A stretch of 58,410 bases of DNA, taken from contig JANVYQ010000009.1 of assembly GCA_030059675.1 (NCBI GenBank), forward strand, positions 1-58,410. Reading direction: 5' to 3'. This document shows, one piece after another, positions 9,512-17,919 of the stretch (position 1 is the stretch's first letter; the number at the start of each line of letters is the position of its first letter). The notes below the pieces were generated by a model. The model was not told the origin of the DNA, made no database searches, and worked only from the letters and a program-made list of their open reading frames with translations. The stretch comes from Candidatus Pelearchaeum maunauluense. Lineage in GTDB: Archaea > Thermoproteota > Nitrososphaeria_A > Caldarchaeales > Caldarchaeaceae. A program made the position numbers and the translations under genes.

Positions 9512-10072
9512 GTGAGCGAGAGCCGCGGCGTGGAGATACAGCACCAGGCTATACGATTCAGGCTTGATGGTGAGCGCATAGTATCACACTCTGGAGAAGG
9601 TGTTTCCTGGTTCGTGGAGCGTGGATACGGTGAGAAAGACGACAAGGGGCTTCTACAGCTAAGCCCAATAGAGGCGCTCTACCTAGTTGAGGTCGGGAAG
9701 ATAGAGATATTCAACGAGAACGGCGAGAAGATGGAGTTTGACAGCCTTGTTAAGCTCTTTGCAAAGAAGAGCGAAACGCTCTGGCGCGACTACGTAATAT
9801 ACCGCGACCTAAGGCGGCGTAGATACGTGATGAAAGAAGGCTTCAGCCCACAGCTCCGCTTCAGAGTCTTTGAACGCGGAGAATACGGGGAAGCACCAGC
9901 CAAATACATAATCATACCCCTCTCAGAGGGAAAGGATATTTCAGTTTCAACAATAGCAGAGCTGATAAGGTCGTGCAGGTCTATGGACAAGGAGCCTGTC
10001 TTGGCGGTTGTTGATAGACGAAACGAGGTCGTGTATTATAGCGCGTCAATAGCGGATTTGAAGAATGTGTAG
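9512..10072 (+). CDS. tRNA splicing endonuclease, probably the structural (beta) subunit
   Basis: 'LQLSPIEALYLVE', 'YVIYRDLRRRRYVMKEG', 'KEPVLAVVD...VVYY' fold motifs; catalytic Tyr/His positions appear substituted. GTG start at 9512 chosen after a purine-rich SD-like tract. Confidence 0.85.
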   Translation: MSESRGVEIQHQAIRFRLDGERIVSHSGEGVSWFVERGYGEKDDKGLLQLSPIEALYLVEVGKIEIFNENGEKMEFDSLVKLFAKKSETLWRDYVIYRDLRRRRYVMKEGFSPQLRFRVFERGEYGEAPAKYIIIPLSEGKDISVSTIAELIRSCRSMDKEPVLAVVDRRNEVVYYSASIADLKNV

Positions 10073-10078
10073 CGCGCT

Positions 10079-10930
10079 ATGCGCCGCGCTCTGGCTTTTG
10101 TCAGCATAACACGCCCACCTAACGGGCTACTAATGTTCATAGCAGTGTTGGTGGGTGTAGTCTTCTCGGATAGCCAGAGGATAACGCTTGAGCAGGCTCT
10201 CCTAGCCCTGGTAACGGCATACAGCCTAAACGGCTCATCCATGGTGATTAACGACTACTTTGACAGGGATACAGATTTAATCAGCAATCCATCGCGCCCA
10301 ATTCCCGCGGGATTAATAGCCCCTAAGGAGGCCCTACTCTATTCTACAATACTGGCAACGGCTGGTTTGGCCGCCGCCGCCCTAATATCCCTAGCATGCC
10401 TAACATTCGCAGCACTAGCTTACGCTGCCGCCTTCATCTATAATGCTCGTCTGAAGAAGAGCGGATTCCTTGGGAACCTGATGGTTAGCGTTGATGTTAT
10501 AGCGCCATTCATCTACGGCGCAATAGTGAGCGACGGCTTCATAACGCCGCGGGTCTTGGTGTTTGCAGCTCTAGCATTCATAGCAAACACTGGCCGTGAA
10601 GTAATAAAGGGGATAGTAGATGTCGAGGGTGATGCTACGCGTAACGTTTCTACGGTTGCGCGCGTAAGGGGTGAGCGTTATGCAGCATATTTAGGCGCTG
10701 GACTCTATCTTCTCGCAGTAGCGCTAAGCCCAGCCCCATACATACTCAACTACGTATCAGCCTACTACCTATACACTGTAGCCCTCGCAGACGCGGGCTT
10801 CATATACTCCGCACTGAAAATAATTAAAGACCCAACACGCGAGAACGCTAGACGACAGAAGAATCTCACACTCCTCTGGATGCTCCTGGCCCTCGCCTCA
10901 TTCGCCGTAGGCGGATTAACACATAGCTAA
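10079..10930 (+). CDS. Digeranylgeranylglyceryl-phosphate synthase (UbiA family)
   Basis: RPPN, INDYFDRDTD...NPSRPIPAG, REVIKGIVDVEGD aspartate-rich motifs; multi-TM. Confidence 0.9.
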   Translation: MRRALAFVSITRPPNGLLMFIAVLVGVVFSDSQRITLEQALLALVTAYSLNGSSMVINDYFDRDTDLISNPSRPIPAGLIAPKEALLYSTILATAGLAAAALISLACLTFAALAYAAAFIYNARLKKSGFLGNLMVSVDVIAPFIYGAIVSDGFITPRVLVFAALAFIANTGREVIKGIVDVEGDATRNVSTVARVRGERYAAYLGAGLYLLAVALSPAPYILNYVSAYYLYTVALADAGFIYSALKIIKDPTRENARRQKNLTLLWMLLALASFAVGGLTHS

Positions 10931-11583
10931 ACCTCGGCCAAAACCATGCACGGAGCGCTGTCCACACCATCTATCAAGAGAGGCATGACAAAGACTCTAC
11001 GAATATTACTGGGCTTATCCATCAAGTCCATATCCTCTATTATGAGGAAGTCCCGCCCAACCAGTAGTGTTCTATGAGCAGCCCTTCCCTCTTCACGCCT
11101 CATGGGAGAGGAGATGGATATCGCGTCAACACCAACGGCCCTAAGCCTGGGCAGCTCCTCCACAATGTAGCGCGCAGCCCCATCAGAAAGACAAGGACCA
11201 CGCCTAGAGAAGGCTTCTACATCACTCTCGCGAAAACGCTGGAACCCTGTTCTTATCATGAGCAAATCAGCGTCGCGAATCTCATCATACAGGCTGCGGA
11301 GCTCATCGGCAGTAATAAGCTCACCCACACCCTTGGGAATATCAACCAGAACAGGCCGCTCAAAGATGAAAAAATCAACACCAAAACCAGCAATAGGCCT
11401 ACCTCGCGGGTCAAAATGGAGAGGAGCATCCACATGGGTTCCGAGGTGGTTTAAAAAAGAAACAAAATACGAATTACTACTATTCCCGCGCTCTATCTGC
11501 TTAAACGGCCTTATCTCAAGACTAGGCCCCATATCATACGAAGGCGTAGCCACCGAAAGCTTATGCGAGAGTAGAACCCACAT
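10927..11583 (-). CDS. Cyclase / kynurenine formamidase-family metal hydrolase
   Basis: HLGTHVDAPLHF motif; GVDAISI; DSAPC C-terminus. Confidence 0.9.
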   Translation of the reverse strand: MWVLLSHKLSVATPSYDMGPSLEIRPFKQIERGNSSNSYFVSFLNHLGTHVDAPLHFDPRGRPIAGFGVDFFIFERPVLVDIPKGVGELITADELRSLYDEIRDADLLMIRTGFQRFRESDVEAFSRRGPCLSDGAARYIVEELPRLRAVGVDAISISSPMRREEGRAAHRTLLVGRDFLIIEDMDLMDKPSNIRRVFVMPLLIDGVDSAPCMVLAEV

Positions 11584-11618
11584 GAGTTTTACTGCTGCAT
11601 AGATACTAAATAACCCTT

Positions 11619-12260
11619 TTAGCCAGCTAGGCCTGTTACGCTATAGATGGCGACTGTGATTGCTAGCACAGTTATTGACAGAGCTCCCATGAGGGCTGCT
11701 TCCTTTTTGCCGCTCTTTGGCATGCTATATGACTCTAGCGTTGGGTATGCCTTCCTTACTGCGGTGATGAGTGAGAGACTAACTATGGCGCCGAAGGTTA
11801 CTTGTAAGCTATTTACTGTGGCTAGTTCTGCCAGCGCTGCTCCGAACCCGAAGAGCGGCAACTCAACGGCGAAGTAGCCTGATAGCATGACTAAGGCGCC
11901 TGCTATCACCGCCGCGATTTGGCGTGGCAATCCCTGGCCTCGGCCTATCAGACCAACTACAAACCCCTCCATCCCCTTTATGAATAGTGTTAGAGGCGCG
12001 AAGAAAGCGAATGTTCCAGTGAGTATATCCGCCAACGCGGAGCCTATTCCTCCAGCTAGGAAGCCGAGCCTAGCTCCAAGAGCCAAGCCACTGAACATAA
12101 CCATCGCATCCCCAAGGTTGAAGTATCCCCGCGTGGGGGCGAAGGGAATCACGATTAGCAGTGTGGTGATTGTTGTCGCCGCAGCCATTATAGCCACCAT
12201 CGCCGCCTCCTTACTGCGCATCCCTCCAGAGCTCTGCATACCTGCCTCCCCATCATCCAA
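11619..12260 (-). CDS. ECF transporter S component
   Basis: 'IPFAPTRGYFNLGDAMV...GGIGSALADIL...APLTLFIKGMEG' signature. Confidence 0.85.
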   Translation of the reverse strand: MDDGEAGMQSSGGMRSKEAAMVAIMAAATTITTLLIVIPFAPTRGYFNLGDAMVMFSGLALGARLGFLAGGIGSALADILTGTFAFFAPLTLFIKGMEGFVVGLIGRGQGLPRQIAAVIAGALVMLSGYFAVELPLFGFGAALAELATVNSLQVTFGAIVSLSLITAVRKAYPTLESYSMPKSGKKEAALMGALSITVLAITVAIYSVTGLAG

Positions 12261-12292
12261 GATATATAAGCTTCAGCTTACATATAGGCAAC

Positions 12293-13732
12293 ATGCCCTT
12301 CAAATGCTCTTCATGCACCAATAGTATAAAAGATATATCACCGCCCTATTCATGCGGAAAATGCGGCGATGTAATTCTCTATCACCCGCCTCTTGAGGAG
12401 TTAAAGCCTCTAGCGTTGCATGATGCGAGTTTTAGCGGCGTATGGCGTTTTTGGAAGATGCTACCGCCAATAGCTGATAACTTCAGAATAAGCCTAGGCG
12501 AGGGCGGCACATTCCTCCACCGCGCTGAGAGACTAGCTACACAGCTGGGTCTTAGGCATCTATATCTGAAAAACGAAACCACAAATCCTTCAGGCTCATT
12601 CGTTGATAGAGGAATCGCTATAGAAATCTCCAAAGCATTATCCATGGGATTTGCTAAGCTGGCGTGTATAAGCCATGGCAATCTGGGGGTCTCCGTAGCT
12701 GCTTACGCGGCCAAAACCGGCCTAAACTGCACAATCTACACACCACCAAATATTGAGCGTGGCAAACTATATCAATTAATAGCATACGACGCCGAGATAA
12801 TCTTCCAGAAGAAAATATCTCCAAAAGAGATTAGAGATTCCACAGATAATCTATACCTCATATCAACGACTAGCCCTTTCTTCCTAGCTGGGCTTAAGAC
12901 AATAGCGTATGAGGTGCTTGAGCAGCTGCAAAAAGTGCCTAACATTGTTATAGTCCCTGTAGGTAGTGGGGGAAATATAGCCATGTTCTGGGAGGGAATG
13001 AGGGAGCTGCATAAACTGGGGGTAACAAACGGCTCACTACCCAAGCTGGTTGCTGTCCAATCAGATGGATGTATGCCCATAGTGGAAGCCCATAAGCGAG
13101 GCTTGGATAACGCTAAGTGGAGGAAGAGGGTTAGGACGCTTTTCCCAGATATAGCGGTTCCCAGCCCCCTGCTGGGCAGGTTGGCGCTAAGAGCTATCCG
13201 CGAGTCTAGAGGACTTTCAATATCCGTCTCTGATGGTGAGATAATAGACGCTACGCGGATCTTGGCAAAAAGTGAAGGGATATTTGCAGAACCTGCCGCT
13301 GCATCAACAATTGCCGCTCTCAGAAAAATGGTAGAAAACAACATGCTGGACAGGGATGATGTAATAGTATGCATAATAACTGGCTCTGGCCTAAAGGAGC
13401 CTTTCATAATCCGGCCGATAGGCAGAGCGGCGCGGACTGTAGCAGTAAGAACCCGACCAGCCTCGCGTGTGGGCAGGATGAAGACGCTCATACTAAAACT
13501 CTTAGCGGAGAAACCTATGCACGGATACGCGCTTTGGAAAAATCTTAGAAAGCGATTCGGTGTGACTGTTTCTACTGTATCAATATACCAGCACTTAGCG
13601 GAACTCCAAGACTCAGGACTGATAACGGCGGCGCCGCTAGTAGCTGGATACGGGCAGAGTAAAAGGAAGAGAACATTCTACGAGCTTACCATCCTGGGGC
13701 GTAGGATGCTAGACCAAATGACCACAAACTAA
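12293..13732 (+). CDS. Threonine-synthase-like fold-type II PLP domain (catalytic Lys replaced by Val) fused to a C-terminal PadR wHTH
   Basis: N-terminal CxxC..CxxC; LGEGGT; KNETTNPSGSFVDRG; VPVGSGGN; EGIFAEPAAA; ITGSGLK; C-terminal 'ILKLLAEKPMHGYAL...IYQHLAELQDSGLI...RTFYELTILG'. Confidence 0.9.
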   Translation: MPFKCSSCTNSIKDISPPYSCGKCGDVILYHPPLEELKPLALHDASFSGVWRFWKMLPPIADNFRISLGEGGTFLHRAERLATQLGLRHLYLKNETTNPSGSFVDRGIAIEISKALSMGFAKLACISHGNLGVSVAAYAAKTGLNCTIYTPPNIERGKLYQLIAYDAEIIFQKKISPKEIRDSTDNLYLISTTSPFFLAGLKTIAYEVLEQLQKVPNIVIVPVGSGGNIAMFWEGMRELHKLGVTNGSLPKLVAVQSDGCMPIVEAHKRGLDNAKWRKRVRTLFPDIAVPSPLLGRLALRAIRESRGLSISVSDGEIIDATRILAKSEGIFAEPAAASTIAALRKMVENNMLDRDDVIVCIITGSGLKEPFIIRPIGRAARTVAVRTRPASRVGRMKTLILKLLAEKPMHGYALWKNLRKRFGVTVSTVSIYQHLAELQDSGLITAAPLVAGYGQSKRKRTFYELTILGRRMLDQMTTN

Positions 13733-14321
13733 CGAGTCTTGGGTCATAGCTGTTAGTCGTCAACGGCTCTAAACTATGCGATTCTTTTGAACCTTAAACA
13801 CTCTAGTGTTTTCCGCTTACGTTGTCACCATCTATTGAGATATTAATAAAAATCATTTATTTGAAACTGAAAGTGTTCCACTCCAAACACCATAAGTCCT
13901 TTGTGTTCTAAGCTACTTCCAAGACCACACTCACATATATGACCTGTCTCCAGCCTATAACATAGTTATACGCACTATAAATTAAATCAAAGAAAATATT
14001 TGCGTCAAGTTCCTAGGGACAGCTGCAACAAGGTGTAGTTTGTCTAGCTCTCAGAGACCGAATTTAGCGAGACATTAAAGAGACATAAAGCCTTTGATGA
14101 CACAGCTCTGACCAGACTCACTAATAAAACACTAGCCATAAAGTGTGAAGAAAACCAACCAGAGTAGTATCGGTATTAGAAAACTTATTGAGTTTTCCGC
14201 AAATAATACAGCCAAAGAGAGCAACAAACATCACTTACCGAAGAAAGAGATCACCCTTTTATTTAATATAATGGAATCGAATATCTTGCCGCAGATGTTG
14301 GCGAAGTTAAAGTTGAGTTTC

Positions 14322-14367
14322 AAGCCGTTAGAAGAGAAGAAATAGGAAGACAGATTAAGGCAGAGAA
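14322..14367. repeat. Imperfect direct repeat, copy 1 (partner 15439-15478)
   Basis: AAGCCGTTAGAAGAG and GGAAGACAGATTAAGGC blocks are identical in both copies. Confidence 0.85.
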
Positions 14368-14429
14368 ATAACTCTCTTTTGTTTTTATGAATTAAAAGAT
14401 GAAGGTTATCAAAACTTGCATGTTTTCTT

Positions 14430-14921
14430 CTAGCGTAGTTTTTTCTCTAGGAATCTGTGGTATTGTTTAACTTTTTCTTGTGGAAAGGGATTTACAACAG
14501 TTATTTCTTTAACTTTTGAGAGTTCTGCGTCTAGCGAGTAAATTATTGTTGAGCCTAGGCTTCTCGTGAGTGATACGAGGTAGCCGTCCCATGATTCGAT
14601 ATTGTATGCTGCGGCGTAGTCTAACGCGTCTTCTGCTATTTCTGGAGTTACACGCGGATATAGGGCCGGCGATCTAGTTGTTAGGATTCCTTGCATAACT
14701 TTTTTCACCGATAGTTTAGGTATCCGTAGATAGCGTGTTGCTATATGGTAGGCTCCTATTACTGCGGTTACTGGCAGTGCGACTCTTCTCTTTTGGAGTA
14801 ATACCTCTGATAGGAAGTTTATGCTTCTCTCTTTAAGGGGGTTCTCAAAGCATGTCGGAACTATTATGCTTACATCCACTACGCCTTCAGGGTAGGCCGA
14901 GCTTCCTTCTTGCGTATTCAC
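14430..14921 (-). CDS. vapC: PIN-domain toxin VapC (true start probably near 14890)
   Basis: VVDVSII at N-terminus, 'YNIESWDGYLV...IIYSLDAEL...VVNPF' PIN motifs; overlaps the antitoxin. Confidence 0.85.
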   Translation of the reverse strand: MNTQEGSSAYPEGVVDVSIIVPTCFENPLKERSINFLSEVLLQKRRVALPVTAVIGAYHIATRYLRIPKLSVKKVMQGILTTRSPALYPRVTPEIAEDALDYAAAYNIESWDGYLVSLTRSLGSTIIYSLDAELSKVKEITVVNPFPQEKVKQYHRFLEKKLR

Positions 14922-15174
14922 GGCTCATCCACTTCCAACTCTCTTCTGATTCCTCAGTAAAGGCCTCAGCCTTAAGTGCTAGAGCTGAATTCACCCACTC
15001 CTGAACTCTTTCCTTATAATCAACTGGCTCCGGCTCTAACACTGCCCGACGGCCATCAAGCCTGATTGTTACACGTCCGCCCTCCTTAAGGCCCAGCAAC
15101 TTACGAATATGAGAAGGTAGCACAAGCCTGCCCTGCCTGTCTATGTTAATGGAGTCTTCCACATCTTTCACCAC
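14887..15174 (-). CDS. vapB: AbrB/MazE-family antitoxin
   Basis: 'IDRQGRLVLPSHIRKLLGLKEGGRV' swapped-hairpin motif upstream of the PIN gene. Confidence 0.9.
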   Translation of the reverse strand: MVKDVEDSINIDRQGRLVLPSHIRKLLGLKEGGRVTIRLDGRRAVLEPEPVDYKERVQEWVNSALALKAEAFTEESEESWKWMSREYARRKLGLP

Positions 15175-15438
15175 ATGGAATAATTAGTGCCATAAATATA
15201 AATCTTACCGCTCTTAGCATTACTCAGCATCCTCTGAGATATCGCAGCCTCTAGGTGTCAATAAATAGTGTTAGCCTCTTATAGAATAACGCGAATATGT
15301 TAAGATGGTTAAAAGGCTGGCATACTTCTTGTAGCCCACTCTTAGGCATGTTGGTTAAAAGGCCGCTAAGATAACGATATACTTAACAGAACTATAAAAC
15401 GTTGCCATTAATTTTTAGAAAAGCTGAAACCTAGATTT

Positions 15439-15478
15439 AAGCCGTTAGAAGAGTGGGAAGACAGATTAAGGCGGAGAA
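15439..15478. repeat. Imperfect direct repeat, copy 2 (partner 14322-14367)
   Basis: Same two identical blocks, separated by a shorter spacer. Confidence 0.85.
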
Positions 15479-15497
15479 GCAGTTTTCCTTAATCTTT

Positions 15498-15633
15498 TTA
15501 CTTTAGATATTCATTTGGTTCTTTTCTTCTTAAGTTTGTTTCGCCAAAACGCTTGTCATAGCTAATTATTGCTTCTGCTCCTAGTTTCTTCGCTATGTAG
15601 TATTGTAGAGAGTCACCAAAGTCTAGACCTATT
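15498..15633 (-). pseudogene. C-terminal remnant of a PIN/VapC toxin
   Basis: Minus strand reads IGLDFGDSLQYYIAKKLGAEAIISYDKRFGETNLRRKEPNEYLK*; no N-terminal half. Confidence 0.8.
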
Positions 15634-15738
15634 TTATTTGTAAAAACAGTTGAGAGTTTAGGAAAATTGGTATATTCATTTTCTTTTTGGGAAAATTGCT
15701 AATCTTTTGAGGCCCGTGTTTTATTCTCCTTCTTTCAC

Positions 15739-15972
15739 TTAGTATATTTCATCAGCTACTAGTCCGTGTGATTCGCTGTGTACCTTGTTGCCTGCCTCTT
15801 TCTCTTCAGCCTTAAATAGGCAGAAAACAACGCCTTGCTTCTCATGGTACCAATATCTTACGAACTTGACTCCGTGTTTGCCTTGTTTTTCTAGATCTTT
15901 CTGATGTGCTTCCTCAAGTAACTTAGGATTCACTCCTCGCACATTTTTATGTACATCTAAATACAATGGCAT
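15739..15972 (-). CDS. DUF4242 (SCO4226-like nickel-binding) small protein, possibly truncated by 6 codons
   Basis: MPLYLDVH...AHQKDL...GVKFVRYW...VFCLF..A...VHSESHGLVADEI. Confidence 0.85.
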   Translation of the reverse strand: MPLYLDVHKNVRGVNPKLLEEAHQKDLEKQGKHGVKFVRYWYHEKQGVVFCLFKAEEKEAGNKVHSESHGLVADEIY

Positions 15973-16403
15973 GTATGTTTTAAATTTATGCATTATTTAA
16001 ACAACCACTAGCAACCAGCTTGTTGGTTGGTCACGTACTCTTAGTAGCTTTAAGTTGGCTGTTTAAGCGTAATTATGGATTAGATGTTTAGTCTTTAAGC
16101 TGATTCTTGGAACAAGCTGGGATGTAATCTTATATTTACTATTTCGCTTATGATAAGTTTCTCTTCTAAACTATCACATATACAGCAACAGGGTCTTAGC
16201 GTCTCTCGCTACGTGGTGTTCGCCGTTTTTCATGAATAAAACAGGATTTCTAAAATATCTTTCAATATTCCTAATTTCGAGTGTAACTATGCGTTTAATG
16301 CCTTAAGCTTCTATCAATGTTAATGCATTCCCGGCTTTTCTTATCCTTTATTCTTGCTGTGGTTATCTTTATGTATATGAGTCTGATTAAGGATTGATGG
16401 GTT

Positions 16404-16766
16404 ATGGTGTTTCGGGTTAAGAGGGTTTATGATGTACCTTCTAGTGGGGATGGTTTTAGGGTACTTGTGGATAGGCTGTGGCCGCGTGGTCTTGATAGGG
16501 GTAGGGCTAGAGTAGATTTGTGGATGCGTGAGGTTGCGCCTAGTGATGAGCTTAGGCGCTGGTTTGGGCATGACGCTAGTAAGTGGGAGGAGTTTAGGAG
16601 GCGTTATTTTGAGGAGCTTGGGGAGAAGGATGAGCTGGTTAATGCTATTTTGGAGCTTGAGAAGTGGATGGGGGTGGTTACCCTGTTGTTCAGCGCTAGG
16701 GATTTGGAGCATAATAATGCGGTTGTGCTTATGGAGTATCTTATCCGTCTTCGCGGTGGGCGTTAG
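16404..16766 (+). CDS. DUF488 / YeaO-family protein
   Basis: KRVYD...DGFRVLVDRLWPRG...VAPSDELRRWFGH...HNNAVVL. Confidence 0.95.
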   Translation: MVFRVKRVYDVPSSGDGFRVLVDRLWPRGLDRGRARVDLWMREVAPSDELRRWFGHDASKWEEFRRRYFEELGEKDELVNAILELEKWMGVVTLLFSARDLEHNNAVVLMEYLIRLRGGR

Positions 16767-17248
16767 CTATTTTTCACCACCATTTTTACCGCCTTAATTA
16801 GTTTCTGGTAATTTGTTGAGTAGGCTAAGTGTGAGGGGCATTTGCAGTCTGTTGAGCCGAAGCCTCTTACGTAGTTTTTCATCTTTTTTATGAGATATGC
16901 TGCTATTTTGCATTCGTTCTCAGGTTTTGGGTTACATGCTATTGCGCGTATGTGTGTTGAGGGTAGTGATGTTAGGGTGTCTATGTGCCAGTGTTTTCTT
17001 TTCTTTTTGTGTCTTAGGTGTCTTGTTATGCGTGCTCTTAGGGCGCGTTTTGCGGAGCCTGCGTATGCGTAGTATCCGTGTGTTAGTTTTATCTTTCCCA
17101 GCGAGCCTATCTTGAGTGTTTTTGTTTGTTTTAGGGCTATTATGATGACGTAGCTTCCTGAGTCTGGTAGGTTTGCTGGGTTTTGGTGAAGAAAAATATG
17201 TGGGGGATGTTGCCCCTTGGTTGAGGCTCTTATATTCCGACGCCTCAA
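16763..17248 (-). CDS. GIY-YIG (Uri superfamily, DUF123) endonuclease
   Basis: GSYVIII...GYYAYAGSA...RITRH...HWHID...EC...GFGSTDCKCPSHL. Confidence 0.9.
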   Translation of the reverse strand: MRRRNIRASTKGQHPPHIFLHQNPANLPDSGSYVIIIALKQTKTLKIGSLGKIKLTHGYYAYAGSAKRALRARITRHLRHKKKRKHWHIDTLTSLPSTHIRAIACNPKPENECKIAAYLIKKMKNYVRGFGSTDCKCPSHLAYSTNYQKLIKAVKMVVKNS

Positions 17249-17255
17249 GACTTTC

Positions 17256-17432
17256 TTAGAAGTCTTCTTTGATTATCGTCTTCCTGCCGTTGGCTTGGCA
17301 GCGTTTGACGGCTCTGTTGATCAGCTCCTTGACGGCGGCGTCTAGTCCCTCTAGGGCGTCTGAGCTGAGCCGAATACCCTCTGGGAGCAGCTCCCTAACT
17401 CTAGACTCCACGATTACGAAGTCTTTCGCCAT
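17256..17432 (-). CDS. Short histone-fold protein (58 aa, truncated alpha3 type); not in the ORF track
   Basis: MAKDFVIVESRVRELLPEGIRLSSDALEGLDAAVKELINRAVKRCQANGRKTIIKEDF*; RKT..D L2 clamp motif; TATA-like TTTTAA about 20-25 nt upstream. Confidence 0.85.
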   Translation of the reverse strand: MAKDFVIVESRVRELLPEGIRLSSDALEGLDAAVKELINRAVKRCQANGRKTIIKEDF

Positions 17433-17443
17433 TTCAACTCACA

Positions 17444-17465
17444 TTACCCGCTTAAAAAGCGGTAA
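17444..17465. promoter_or_regulatory. Imperfect inverted repeat centred on the putative TATA box of the histone gene
   Basis: TTACCCGCT-TAAAA-AGCGGTAA. Confidence 0.5.
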
Positions 17466-17580
17466 AATAGGTTTTCTTTTCCATGAGCCTGTAAGCCATA
17501 TCTGGCGCATCTTAGCCCCTTTTTAGGGTATTTAATCGGTAATACGCCTAAAACCTAACAAATAAGCCCGCCCTAGCCGT

Positions 17581-17919
17581 GTGGAGGGAGTGAGAGCCGT
17601 GCAGTATTTCATGGCTGTTAAGGTTGGTGAGCGGGTAGCAACGCGTGCGCAGCAGAGGCTGCTCAACTACGTCCCATCAGCACTAGTTGCTATGATAGTG
17701 AAGGAGAAGAGCGACGGTTTCCAGCCTGTGGGTGAGGAAGACCTTTTCGCCGTGCTCCCCGTAGGGGCTGACGAGTATATCATAGCCTTATGCGACGCCG
17801 AGGGCTACGCCAAGGCAATCTCAACGCACCTCTCGAAGGAAGAGACGGAGAAGACGGTTGAGAAGATGCGCCGTGATGGGATTCAGGAGTTCTCTGGAAG
17901 AGTCATACTCCCAGTCTAG
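17581..17919 (+). CDS. Hypothetical protein
   Basis: 112-aa ORF with native codon usage, divergent from the histone gene; no recognised motif. Confidence 0.65.
   Translation: MEGVRAVQYFMAVKVGERVATRAQQRLLNYVPSALVAMIVKEKSDGFQPVGEEDLFAVLPVGADEYIIALCDAEGYAKAISTHLSKEETEKTVEKMRRDGIQEFSGRVILPV

Noticed and set aside
14145-14345. 66-aa ORF as a gene
   Set aside because: No recognisable family; lies in a decayed AT-rich patch, and only its end matches the repeated element
15306-15363. 12-nt direct repeat TGGTTAAAAGGC, two copies with a 34-nt gap, as a mini-CRISPR
   Set aside because: Only two short copies, no third unit, leader or cas genes
16030-16335. Possible minus-strand gene remnant
   Set aside because: Multiple stops and no family could be assigned
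17269-17526. Plus-strand 85-aa ORF
   Set aside because: Antisense shadow of the histone gene
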